33,140 bases of DNA from Azolla caroliniana (taxonomy: Eukaryota; Plantae; Polypodiophyta): positions 1 to 33,140 of the forward strand of contig JBHGNT010000340.1 in the NCBI GenBank assembly GCA_043228905.1. The letters run 5' to 3'. Under the pieces are notes generated by a model. It did no database searches and had not been told where the DNA came from. It was given only the letters and a program-made list of their open reading frames with translations. The translations under genes and the position numbers were made by a program. This document shows, piece by piece, positions 21,470 to 33,140 of the stretch. Numbering within the stretch: the stretch's first letter is position 1; every line of letters starts with the position of its first letter.

Positions 21470-24400
21470 GTGATCTATGAGACTAACCCACGCCTTTTAC
21501 GACTATGCTTTTGGAATTGCAATGGATACCCATGGAATGCGGGATTTGGCATAGATGAGTTCACCGATGACTCAGATATCACACTTCTTGTTGAAACATG
21601 GGAGCATGATACTCAAAGGATTCAAGGTTTAGGAAACTATAATGTACACTCTTTGATATGGAAGAAAAATCCAAGACAAAGAAGAGGACAAGGAGGGGTG
21701 ACATGTTTGATTAAGAAGGAAATAGAGAAATATGTGTCAATCATAAAAAATGATGAAAATAAATGCTACATATGGCTCAAAATAGAAACACCTAATGATT
21801 TGCCCACTTTTGTAGTTGGATGTTACATTCCTCATCAAGATTCTAACTTTTATGCTTGTTTGGATAAAGATAAACCGTTTGCCAATCTAGAAGATGATAT
21901 TGCTTATTTCAAATCCAAAGGGGAAGTTATTGTCTTTGGTGACATGAATGCTCGTACAAGAAGTTTCCAACTTGATTCACAAGAATCGTTCATGCCACAT
22001 ATCTCAAGGATGCAAGAGGATATGCAAATGTATAACCGCTCTTCTAGCGATGAAAAAGATCCGGACCAATTTGGGAAGTTACTCCTACAAATGTGCAATA
22101 GTACCGGATTGCTTATTGCAAATGGTATTTCCTTATGGCCCAACACTAATGGTTTTACATGTAGAAAACACAACGGAAATAGTGTGATTGACTATGTGCT
22201 ACTTTCCGAAGGTATTTTGGATCGTATACATAAATTCTCACTTGGTGAATGGACACCGGAATCCAATCATAGGCCTTTATGTATTGATCTCAAATGTATG
22301 CATAGGTTTGATTGTGAGAAGGCTATTGAAGATAATAAACAACCACACTTGAGCATGAACCTTAAGCGAGCACCCATGTATTCCAAGATGGTTGAGGATA
22401 TGTTACAAATGACAAAGATACAACATGGTGCCACACTAGAATGCAAATGGGAAGCTTTCAAGAAAGTCATTCTCTCATGTACAAACAAATGTTTTTCGAC
22501 CAACCGCACATCTTGGAAATGCACCAAGAAACTTAGGAAAAAATGGTTTGATAAAGAATGTCGTGAAGCTCGAAAGTGCCTTATGGTTTTGGATATAGTT
22601 AAGGATAAAGAGAATTACCAAAAACATTTTCATGAGTATAAAAGGCTTATTCAAAGAAAGAGAAGAATATGGGAAATTACTCAACAATTTATCCAAACGC
22701 AAGAGAAAGCACATGCATGTGCTAAATTTTGGGGAAATCTAAAGGGGAAACGTGTTGAGAGTTATGGTGACTTAACTCTTCACGACTTGTCTATGCATTG
22801 TAAGAATTTATATGAGTTATCTCTTGCCGGAAAGATGATGTGTTATGGTTCTCTTTCACATATGCCTCCCTTCTTTACAATTGAAGATATATGCATAGGA
22901 CTTAAGAAATTGGCCTCTCGAAAGGCAAGTGATCTTCAATGTATAAAGGCTGAAATGCTCAAATGGACAGGAAAGGAAGCACATATATGGATAAACGATA
23001 TGTTTAATGATGCATTGCAACATGGTATGCCGTACGATTGGACTACAAATTGGATCAAACCTTTACATAAAGGTGGAGATATAAATAATGTAAACAACTA
23101 TCAAACCATGATGGTTCGCTCATTAATGGCAAAACTATTTGGATGTATAATGGAATCAAAGATAAGTGTATGGGCTGAAAAAAGTGGTAAGAGAGCTTAT
23201 GGACAAGCTGGCTTTCGGAAACACCATAGCACCATTGATCACCTTATCACCCTTCGAGTATTAATGGAGGAAAGTCGCCTTAGAGGTAAAGGTTTATATT
23301 GTTGCTTTGTAGACTTCAAGAAAGCTTTTGATATGGTACCTAGTGAGCATCTTTGGAGGCGAATGGAAGAACTTGAGGTGCCAAGTGAATATATGCTTGC
23401 AATTTCCCGAATTTATGAGAAGGTTATATGTTGTGTGCACATGAGAGATAAACTTTCAGATTTTTTCAAAAGCACTATTGGTGTTAAGCAAGGATGCCCA
23501 CTCTCACCAACACTATTTGGTCTATGCATTGATGAATTGGAAGAAATGGTTACCAAGTTTGCAAAGGAAGAATGTGTTGAAGAAGTTGCCATTGGGAATG
23601 TTGTGGTTATGCTTTTGCTATATGCAGATGATGTAGTGCTTTTTGCAAATACTTTTGGAGATGCACAAAAGCTTATGAAGGCATTGGAAAAAATTTGCAT
23701 GCATACTAAATTAAGTGTCAATAGCACTAAAACAAAGATTATGCTTGTGAAGAGCCAAAAAAGAGATAAACCATGCATTATGTACAACAATGAGCCACTT
23801 GAATGTGTGGAAAGCTTCAAATATCTTGGCCTTGAAGTTCCTTCAAATCATAGATGGAATGAATGTGCTACACGCCACTTAGAGGCGGGTAAGCGAGCAT
23901 ACTATTCATTTGAGAACACATGCAATCTTGGAGATATTAAGTGTTGGGTCCTCAAGAAATATCTTTTCGACACTTTGGTGACACCGGTTCTTCTCTATGG
24001 GGTGGAAGTATGGGGCAGTAGCATCCCTAAATCTATGTGGAAAGAGTTTGAAAATGTCCAAAAGCATTTTCTTACCAAGTTTCTACAAGTTAAGAAACAA
24101 ACGCCCTACACCCTCCTCCTCCTTGAGACGGGATCACTTCCAATTGAGATCATGGCCATGGAAAGGGTTGTTGAATACATGCTTAAGGTTCAAAAAAGTC
24201 CCTCACATTGACTTCCTAGAATTGCGTGGGAAGCAAGCAAAAAGATCCAAAAGACGCATAAAAGCAAAATTTTGTGTTCCGGTTGGATGCAAGATATAGA
24301 AAAATGGTTTGGTAGATGGGATGCGAGACACTTGCTTCATGATGCATCATTAGATTCCTCTGTGAATGAGGCATTTTTGCAACGCCAATGTATCATGACA

Positions 24401-24844
24401 TGGGACAAATGTGGAGGCTCACGCTTCACACATTATGCTACACATGTTGCACTTAACTACAAAACCATATTCTTTGCGGAACGAGGAAATCATACACATC
24501 CATACATGTTAGAACCCATACCGTTATCTGCCATTCGAACCATTGCTTCCATGCGACTTAGCTCACATGCATTGCGATGTGAAAGAGGGCGTTGGGGCAC
24601 AAGTGATGAGAGTGGTCGGTTATGCACACTTTGCCCTAAACAAGTTCGCGAGTCTGAGTATCACACTTTGATACAATGCTCTACCTTTGATCATATTCGA
24701 CCACGCTTTCCACATCTCTTCGATCAAGCCCAATCTTTGCATGAATTCCTCTCACAACCATAATGTGCACTCTCGATTGCAACATTCATTGGTCAAGTTC
24801 TTGAACATCGAGAGTCACTAGTCACTTTCACACGTATCACGTGA
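21470..24844 (+). pseudogene. LINE ORF2: AP endonuclease, reverse transcriptase, C-terminal zinc knuckle; two in-frame stops
   Basis: FWNCNG, VETW, GDMNAR, SVIDY and SNHRP (APE); QAGFR, FVDFKKAFD, GVKQGCPLSP, LLYADD and KYLG (RT); RLSSHALRCERGRW..CTLC..EYHTLIQC. Stops at 24209-24211 and 24761-24763. Confidence 0.93.
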
Positions 24845-24967
24845 AATGTAATATTTTTTGTCTCATAGGTCATATTTGACCTCCGAAGACGATAATATAA
24901 TCTATCTATCTATCTATCTCGGCTTTACGCGCGCGCGCACACACACACACACACAAACTTCTTTACA

Positions 24968-24979
24968 TGGTATCAAAGC
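24968..24979 (+). promoter_or_regulatory. Primer-binding site for tRNA-iMet
   Basis: TGGTATCAAAGC directly after the LTR-terminal CA; the canonical plant PBS is TGGTATCAGAGC. Confidence 0.9.
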
Positions 24980-25071
24980 AAATGGCTGTCTGATTAAACT
25001 TGCTCAACTGTGTTGTGCCACACACCGACAATCAACAGAACCAGTTCGATAACAGAGAAGAAAACGATACT

Positions 25072-28023
25072 ATGAATACTCAGATGGGATGTGCTCTACC
25101 CATCGAGAAACTTGATAAAACAAACTTTGCATCTTGGGAATACAAGATGCACCAATACCTTGTCAGCCAAGGTTATTGGAGCTACATCGAAGGAGCTCAC
25201 GAAAACCAACCCAACCCAACAGATGCCGACTAACCAGCATGGGATCAAGCGGCCAATCGTGTGATTTACTGTCTTGCATCATGCGTTCATGGTCCCATGC
25301 TATATTCAAGAGGCAAAAACACCAAAAGAAGCTTGGGGCAATCTCAAGAAAATTTCCGTGGCCAATATGGTTTCGCGCAAACTTCAACTCCGACAAGAGT
25401 TGAACAATATACAACAAAGGGATATGCCGATCACCAGCTATACCTTGAAGAGAAAGGAGTTGTGTGATGCCCTCGGATCGATTAACGTCATCATTGATGA
25501 TGATGAAATAGTGCAAATATGCCTCGGCGGCCTAGCACCACGATTCGGCACGATCAGATCAACCATTCTTGTAAGGGAGAATCCTCCCTCCTTTTTCGAC
25601 CTTCAGCCGATATTGTTGATCAAGAAAATCATGTCCCTAAAAGGAGCAATGTGCCCAATGGTCAGATACTCTACTCCAAGTCGGATGAGGGAAGAGGATT
25701 CGGCCGAGGAAATAGAGGCCGATTCAGTTGAGGCCGACAGGGTTAGTTGACCAAAGAACACAATTCCTAGCATTGGCAGGAGGCCAAGTACACTCCTAGG
25801 GAGTTTGACAGAAGGGGGAGCCATCCTATCAGACCAAGCCACCAAAACAACCCAATCGAATGCGGGTACTGTGGAAAACTCGGCCACTAGGAAGAGGAGT
25901 GCCGAAAGAAGAAATGAGAGTCAACATCGACCAGCCGACAACTCATGAACTATGCCACGAATTCCGATTATAACGATCATGGTGGAATGTTCATAATGAG
26001 GCATAAAGTCCCATTCGAGAACGATGGCAAACAAACCTACCTCAAGAATGTTCTGCATGTCCCAACCATCATGAAACATCTCATCTTTGTCGACCAAATA
26101 GTAGAACAAGGCATGCAAATGCGATTCAACAATGAAGGTTGCTTCATTGAAAAAGACGATTAACTCGTAGCTCACGGTCGATGAGAAGGCTGAATGTTCA
26201 TCCTCGAGTCAAACGAGGTGTAGTCGGGCAGGTTTGCAAAAGGCCTCAAAGTTGACACCGACTTGAAATTGTGGCACAAGAGAACTGGCCACATCAATCT
26301 CCAGAAGCTCCAAAACATGCAATCAGAAGGAGTCGTCATCAGACTCCCGAATTTTACGGAAAGAGAGAGCACTGGCATATGTGAGGCATGCTAGTTCGGA
26401 AAATAACGCCGAGTTCCATTCCCGACAAAGAGGAATGTGAGCAAAGGAGTCTTGAACATAATCCACTCTAACATTTGAGGACCAACACAGACAACCACAT
26501 TCGGCAAATGCCGATATTATGTCACGTTCATCAACGACTTCTCCAGGCATACCTAGATCCACCCTATGCGGCAGAACAGTGAAGTGTTCGGACACTTCCA
26601 TAAATTTAAGAATGAAGTCGAAAAAGCCACAGGTCGGCATGTATGATTCCTTGGATGGGACGGGGGTAAAGAGTACTTTTGAGCTGAATTCACAGCTTAT
26701 CTCCGAAAGGAAGGAATTCGATGAGAGTTCTCATGCCGACACAGCCCTCAACAAAATGGAGTGGTCGAACGCAAGAATCAACACATATTAGAGGTGGCAA
26801 CAGTAATGATGAACAAGAAGAACACGCCAAAATCATACTGGGCTGAAGCGGCGAACACGGTCATATATTTAATGAATCATTGCACAACATCCGGAGTGCA
26901 CAATATTACCCCCCAGGAGAAGTTCTATGGAAAGAAACTGGATCTAGCCCATGTCAGGATATTCGGTTCGATCGCATATGTACATATTCTCGACGAGAAG
27001 CGATAGAAGCTCGATCCTAAGTCAGAGAAGTGTATCCTTGTGGGGTACTCACTCGAACAAAAGGGGTATAAGTGTTTCAACCCCTCTACCAAGAACGTAC
27101 AAGTAGAGATGTCGCATTCGACAAATCAGTCTCCTAATAGTCAGCTGAATCAACTCCATATGATCCGACCGAAACCAATTTCAACATAGACTCGGAGGAG
27201 ATTGATCATCTAAGGCTCACAACAGAGGAAAGTCCAATCCCAATTGGATTGAGTGGACCACAGGAGCCACCGAGCGACCACAACACATCTCGGCCAAGTC
27301 CAAAGATGGACAAAGGGAAGGCCAAAATGCCATAGTATGAAGATCTGGACAACAACGCATCGACTCACTCACTCGATAGTGAGTTTGAAGGTCTTGAAGC
27401 TCCTACTATCCATATGAATGGCATTAAGAAAGCCATAACCGCCACAAAAGGAAAACTCTGATGCTCCACCTGAGAGAAGAACTGGTTAGCCGATTCGGCT
27501 ACGGCAACTACATGGCATATCACTATGCCTTTATGATGAAGGTGGCAATTGTTCGAGAACCGGAAAATTTTTCTGAAGCAGCCGAGGATCCATGATGGGT
27601 CAAAGCCATGAATGAGGAAACGCAGGTGCTTTGAACAAACGAGACATGGGATCTCGCTCCCCACTCCACACACAAAAAAGGATCGGTTGCAGGTGGATCT
27701 ACAAGGTAAAATACAATGTTGACAGTTCGGTAAACCGCTACAAGGCACGACTCGTAGCTAAGGGATATGCTCAAACACACGACATCAACTATGAGGAGAC
27801 CTTTGCCTAGGTGGCAAAGATGAAGAAAATTTAGACAATCATTGCACTCGCAGTTGCTAAAGGGTGACACCTCCATCAAATGGATGTAAAGAACGCAGTT
27901 TTACAAGGCGAATTAGAAGAGGAGGTCTTCATGATTCAACCACTTGGTTTCGAATTAACCAAGCATCCGACCGCAGTCTGCCGACTCAAGAAGTCATTGT
28001 ATGAACTCAAGCAAGCACCACGT
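25072..28023 (+). pseudogene. Copia gag-pol pseudogene
   Basis: IEKLDKTNFASWEYKM (gag), CGYCGKLGH knuckle near 25861, LKNVLHVP (protease C-half), LWHKRTGH..CEAC, QQNGVVERKN and YWAEAANT (integrase), [18 protein letters not shown] and [11 protein letters not shown] (RT). Many stops and frameshifts. Confidence 0.92.
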
Positions 28024-28642
28024 TGTCAAGGTATTCCTCGCGGATGCGTGGAGTGAGGCGGAACCTCGGGGGCCCTGTAACAAAGAGCAAGAGAGGAAGG
28101 AGTAGAGACCCTCTACGTGCGTGCGTAGATCCACAGGGACATGGCCCTTCGACGCAAAGACGCAAGTGGGACAGCGACACAGAAAGACACGAATGTATGT
28201 ATGTATTAACAAGGACAAACAACAAGAACACGAAGATAACAAAACCACGAAGTCGGTTACAACCGAACAGGCCGGCGAACAGATGCCGATGCCTGTTCGT
28301 AAACGTACAGAAAGACAGGAGCAGGTTGGAGGTGCTGCCGGAAGCACTCGGGCATTCCTCAGAGCAACGCGAGCCTCCCGAAACCTGCACAGAAGGAAGC
28401 TATGGAGTTTGCGAACCAGAGAGAGAGAGAGAGAAGCCTTCGCACGCAAACCGACAGCACTTCGTCCTCGACTCTCCGCGATCCCTTTTCCCTCCTCGTC
28501 TCCCCCCTTTTATAGGCGAGGAAGGAGCCGTTTCCCCTTTACTTCCTACCCACCTAGGATCTTCTATGGACAACATTCGAGAAGAGCCGGTTCCTACGCT
28601 CCTCTGCACCGATTCCGCTTATGGACGGTTTTCTTCACGACA
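28024..28642 (-). repeat. 3' LTR (619 bp)
   Basis: TGTCAAG...CACGACA termini, a PPT immediately adjacent, and CCTATAAAAGG TATA on minus near 28506-28516. Confidence 0.8.
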
Positions 28643-28655
28643 TCCGCCCCCACCT
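28643..28655 (-). promoter_or_regulatory. Polypurine tract
   Basis: Minus strand AGGTGGGGGCGGA directly precedes TGTCGTG. Confidence 0.75.
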
Positions 28656-28715
28656 AACCGCGCATCCACCGGCATGCGCCAAATTGAGTTGGGATGGAGA
28701 AAACCGGTCCAGCCT

Positions 28716-31700
28716 TCATTCCCCGCCCGTCGGTTCTTCCTCGGTTTCGGATCGTTCGTCGTCGCGGTCCAAGCTAACCGGATCCGGCTCGTCGTCGTGA
28801 CGCTTCTTGAACGCTTTGATCCGCTTCCCCGCTACCGGTATCGCCATTCTCGTACCGTCGAGTTCCGCCAGATGGTACGTCCCGTTGTCGTTGGCGATTT
28901 GTACCACGTAAGGCCCGAACCACCTTCTTGCGAACTTCCGTGTCGCTCGGTGCTGGTTGTCAAGGCTGTTGTCGTAGACTAGCACCCAGTCGCCTTCCTC
29001 GATCTTCTTCGGTCGGAGCCGGTGCGTTCGGTCGAACCGGGCTTTGTTCCTCATCCTTGCTTCCTGAAGCTTTTCCGCAGCCTGCTCCACGTCCTCCGGT
29101 CTTCGCTCGAGTTGTGGTATACGCGCCGCCAGCAGTTCCTCCCGGCTCATCTCGTCTCCCCAGTCCACGGTTGCCCACGAGGAGATCGTACGTTCCATCG
29201 GCATGACCGGCTTCTGCCCAAACATGAGTTCTGCCGGCATGAATCCGGTTACCGAACTGTGCGTAGTTCGGTCCGCCCACAACGCGTAAGGCAATAGCCG
29301 CGACCAATTCCCGACTTGACCTCCGCATGCCCGAACTAACGCCTTGGCGATCGGTCCGTGACCACGCTCCACCTTCCCATTCGCCTCCGGATTATACGCA
29401 GTGGTAAGCGAGAGCTTGACTCCTAGCCGATCGAACAGCTACTCGGCCTCTTCGGCGTCCAACTCCCCGCGATCAGCCATTATCTTCCCGACGCACCCGT
29501 ACTGGCATATCACATCCTCGATCAGGAACCGACATACGGCCACGGTCGTTTTGTTCTGAAGGGCCCGGCCTTCTACCTAGTTCGTCAGATCTTCCCGAGC
29601 CAGGACCAGATACCGCATCTGTCCTACTCCCATCGGCATCGTCACCAAGTCTACCATCCATTTGAAGTGGATGGTCAGAGGGTACGTAGGGTGAAGCCCG
29701 TCCCGATGCCGGACTATGGAGTGCATCTGACAGCTCTCACAAGTTGTCACGAACCGATGCACGTCCCGGTACAGTCCCGGCCACCAGTACTTCCCCTTTA
29801 TCTTCTCGAACGTGGCCCACGTTCCACGGTGTCCAGCCCAAGGGCTGTCGTGGTAGGCCGTCAGCAGCTCCTCCTGTTCTTCCTTCATCGCCACCACCCA
29901 GAGCGGGACGTCGTTCCTCTTCTTCGGGTGCTTCCATAAGTATCCGTCCCAGAGAAAGAATCGGTATGCTTTCTTCCGGATCCGATTGGCCTCGTCCTTC
30001 GTCCATGACGCATCCGGCGTCATTGTCCTCAAAAATCCACCGATCTGTAGCCACTCGCCTTCGTACTTGCTCTCGTCGAAGCCGTTAAGTGTCGGAGTGC
30101 TCGCCCCGTCGGTCTTCACGTACGCCGCCTCAAAGAAGTCCACGCCGACTTCTTCGTCCTCCGAAACCATGCCGCCCTCGTCATCAAACCTCGCCCTCGA
30201 AAGCATGTCGGCCATGGCGTTGTCTTTTCCGGAAATGTGTCGTATTTCCGGGTCCAGGGACTTTATGTACGCTATCCACCTGAGCATCGCCAGGTCCGGT
30301 GTTGCGCATCCGGAAACCATGCCGAGAATTGGCAGGCAATCCGTCTCGATAATCACTTCTGTCCCGATCAGGTAGTCTTTGTCGGCCTTTACTGCCGAAA
30401 CGATACCCCAGAGTTCGCGTTTAACCTAGGCGTACCCTCGCTGTCGCTCACTGAGAACCTTCGCGCCGAATCGGATCGGGAACCGAATGCCGTCCTCGTC
30501 TTCTTGGTTGACGACCCATCCGATCCCGGTTGGACTCGTATCCACCGTTATGTATACCGGGGTACCCTTCCGGTAGACAGCCTTCCGGAGCGCCGGTGCT
30601 ACCGCAAGAGCTTCCTTCAGCTTCCGGACTGACTCCGTGTGCTCGTCTCGCCACTCGAATTTTCGCCCTTTCTTCAGTAACCCATATAGCGGCTCCGCAA
30701 CGTGGGCGTAATGCGGGATCCATATGTGGTAAAATGCGCATGCCCCCAGGAACCTCCGAACTTCCGTAACCGAGCTACAGTCGGTCTTCATCGCGGAGAT
30801 GGCTTCTACCTTTGCCGGAGACGGCTTCCAGCCATATGGCCCACATAGGTGTCCGACTACCAGGATTTCCGATTGCCCGAAGGCCGATTTCTCCCCGGAG
30901 AAGGTGAGCCTCGCATCCTCTAGCCTTTGTAGCACCTTCTCGCAGTCGTCGATGTGTTTCGCCACGAATCGCCGGCATCCGTCCAGCCCGACCGTCTCGT
31001 CCTTCTCCTCCACCGGGCACCCCTTTATCGGGATGTCGTCTAGAAACGGCATGGTGATGTCTGGAATGCAATCCCTCAGTACCTTGTTCATTGCATTCAC
31101 CATGTGGGCCACCGAGTTGGTCCCTCCTTGTGGCAGGGTACACATTCGCACTAGGCCGAGGGGAGTTCGCATCGTCGTAATGTCTCTGCTCTCCACGGCT
31201 AGCTGGAACTGGTCGTACCCCGAGTATAGATCACCGACCGAGTAAATCGACCTTCCGGCGAAGGCCTCCGCGAACTCGTCTATGGTCGGTCCGATTCCTG
31301 CATTCCGAATGGTCACTCTGTTGACCGGCTGCAGGTCTTGAATGAAGCGCATCATTCCGTTTTTCTTTGGTACGGTAAACCATCAGTTCGAGTATGGGGC
31401 ACTCGACGGTTCGAGAATGCCCATATCTACTTTCTGCCTCAATAGCTCCATCAACTTCGGGATGTGAGCTCTCGGTACTAGAATCGGCTTGAGATTCCAC
31501 GCCACATGCGGTACCGTGAATATCACCATCGGCTCCACGATCGTCGGGTCCGCGCACCCGATCTCGTCCGGTGAGAATGCGAAGGCTTTCCCGTGCCTTC
31601 CGAGCATTCTCCGAAACCGGTCTTCCTCCGCCGGCAGTAGGAACCCGCCCCCACCGATCTTGAGCTCTCGGAGCGTCCCGTCGGTGAAGGTGTGTCCTAT

Positions 31701-32270
31701 GCAGGCCAGATCTTGTAAACTGGGGTCCGACGGCACCCCTCTGATTCGGGACTCGCTGCCCTCCGGTAAGGGTGCCGCGACTGGCCTTACCTTCCGGCCC
31801 ACAGTCTTGTACTTCGTGCTAACTCGGGCTGTCCGATCCGACCCAAGCCCCTGACTGAAGTCCGCGATGACTCCGTACATCTCTTCGGATCATACCGGTA
31901 TCGTCCGGTCTTCATTAAGGTCTTCTCCAACTACCTTCCTCAGCATCCCCAAGGTGTCATCGAAGGAGACCGCCTCCACAGCCCCGCTGATTTCCTCGTC
32001 CGGGCCGAGAACTCCGCACGCTCGAAGTCGCTCCTCCGCCCTTGCCCTTTCTCGGCCAACAATGCCAACTATCATACACCCTCCGTTGCCGGAGAAGCTG
32101 AATTTTCTACCTATCGTACAAGGTTTCTTCGGTTTCGGTTCTATCGTACAGCTGTGGGGTCTTTCCCGAGTGTCTGGACTGTCTCGGCCCCACGCCTTGG
32201 CAGCCCTCTCTAAAACTCCTCCCGGTTCTCGCCACAGAGGGATTCGCGGTTCCGCTCGTGGTTCGGCCAC
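28716..32270 (-). pseudogene. pol: Gypsy RT-RNase H-integrase, single frame with at least five in-frame stops
   Basis: ORFs starting at 32270, 31880, 31355, 30356 and 29372 are all in one frame. Motifs DLYSGYDQ, PQGGTNS, PFLDD, VDTSPTG, ETDCLP, H..GH..CESC, WMVDLV, ADRGE and RWFGPY. Confidence 0.93.
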
Positions 32271-33140
32271 ACCGTCAGAAATTGGACCGAATGGCGCCCG
32301 TCCTAGCTTTTGACCCTCGCGTAGGCCGAACCGTTGTCCAGCACTTTGGTCTCCATCCGCGCCGCCGTGATGTATGGTTCACCTAATATGACCGGGTGCG
32401 AGGACGTCTCCTGTACGAAGAAGTGCTGGTCAATCTCGACGTCGCTGATCTTGACTCGCACGTTCGGGCAGGCCCCATGCAGTTCCTCGGTGGCGCGCGT
32501 CGCCGCCCGTATCTTCCACCCGTGCTTGGTGTTGATCGACCACTTCCCCTTCTTATAGAAGTCCATGGACATCAGGTTTATTTCCGAACCGTGGTCCACC
32601 AATGCCACCACCGGTTCCTGAACATCTCCAATCTTTACCGGGGTCTCCGTGGTCGCTCGGGCCCAGTGTGGTCTCGAATAGTGGCTCTCCGCCCACTCAT
32701 CTGCCAGCGCCGAGTCGTCGATGTGCGTCGTCCGCACCTCTACCGGTCTTTCCGGCTCCGTCTCCGTCGACAGCCTCTTCCGTTTCACCAAGTCTACAAT
32801 GGAGTCGTGGAACTCCTTCTTGGCGATCCCTAGCACCTCCCGCAATGACAGCTCCACTTTGCTGTCGAGGATCCGCTCTTCTAGGACCTTTCGTAGGTCC
32901 GTAGTCCTTTCTATTTCCGTCCCCAATCGGTATCCGCCCTTCCTGGGGTTATCTTGCGAGCTGGACCCGCCGGCATCGTTCCGTCGTTGCCCGAATCGGG
33001 TCTCGTATCGTTGTGAGGGCCCGGCCGCTCCGGCTTTCCCCACTCGTTTGTCTTCTACCAGAGCCTCGTAGTTCCGGCAGGCGGCTTCTACGAAGCCCGT
33101 CTTCTCCTCGACCAGATCGCTCCACCCAGTTATTTCCCGG
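32210..33140 (-). pseudogene. Gag C-terminus and aspartic protease
   Basis: VVALVDHGSEINLMS and VILGEPY. One internal TAG at 32303-32305, after which the frame continues DGRHSVQFLTV...REEF to a TAG at 32212-32210. Confidence 0.85.

Larger units (their letters stand above)
20500..24919 (+). mobile_element. Near full-length LINE, RTEX-like, with (TATC)n tail
   Basis: ORF1, then ORF2 (APE-RT-C-terminal CCHC), a short 3' UTR and TCTATCTATCTATCTATCT at ~24899-24919. The 5' boundary is approximate and no TSD was found. Confidence 0.85.
24920..28023 (+). mobile_element. Ty1/Copia retrotransposon: LTR end, PBS, gag-pol truncated within RT by a Gypsy insertion
   Basis: LTR end ...CTTTACA at 24967 with (CG)n(CA)n upstream, then a PBS and gag-PR-IN-RT order. 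Confidence 0.9.
28024..33140 (-). mobile_element. GC-rich Ty3/Gypsy retrotransposon, 5' part outside the window
   Basis: 3' LTR, PPT and IN-RH-RT-PR on minus. It is inserted in the Copia RT just after KQAPR. Confidence 0.93.

Noticed and set aside
28023-28982. 319-aa plus-strand ORF and overlapping 127-178-aa ORFs
   Set aside because: They span the GC-rich LTR and the antisense of integrase and show no domain motifs, so they are chance ORFs.

Overview
This is eukaryotic, transposon-dense DNA, most likely from a seed-free land plant such as a moss, liverwort or fern. That inference rests on GT-AG introns, a tRNA-iMet-primed Copia, an RTEX-like LINE and CG/CHG-type C>T decay. No conventional host gene is present. 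Positions 1 to ~9640 hold an apparent composite DNA transposon. It has a spliced, stop-free 863-aa Sola-like DDD transposase on + and two convergent cargo coding units on -: a multi-exon RING-H2/coiled-coil gene and an FCP1/NIF-type HAD domain whose catalytic Asp is replaced by Glu. Its large introns are filled with tandem arrays, two of the palindrome TAGCTAATTAGCTA and one of telo-box AAACCCTA units. Positions 9650-33140 are nested, decayed retroelements: a gag-less Ty3/Gypsy with a long extra coiled-coil ORF, a chromovirus-like Gypsy fragment with a probable self-priming PBS and a solo LTR in gag, a near full-length RTEX-like LINE, a Ty1/Copia, and a GC-rich Gypsy with a -1 frame change between protease and RT. 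The most promising candidate for an undescribed system is the Sola-like element with its cargo proteins and intronic motif arrays, which resembles the VANDAL/VANC anti-silencing layout. Family assignments come from motif recognition only; no searches were run.
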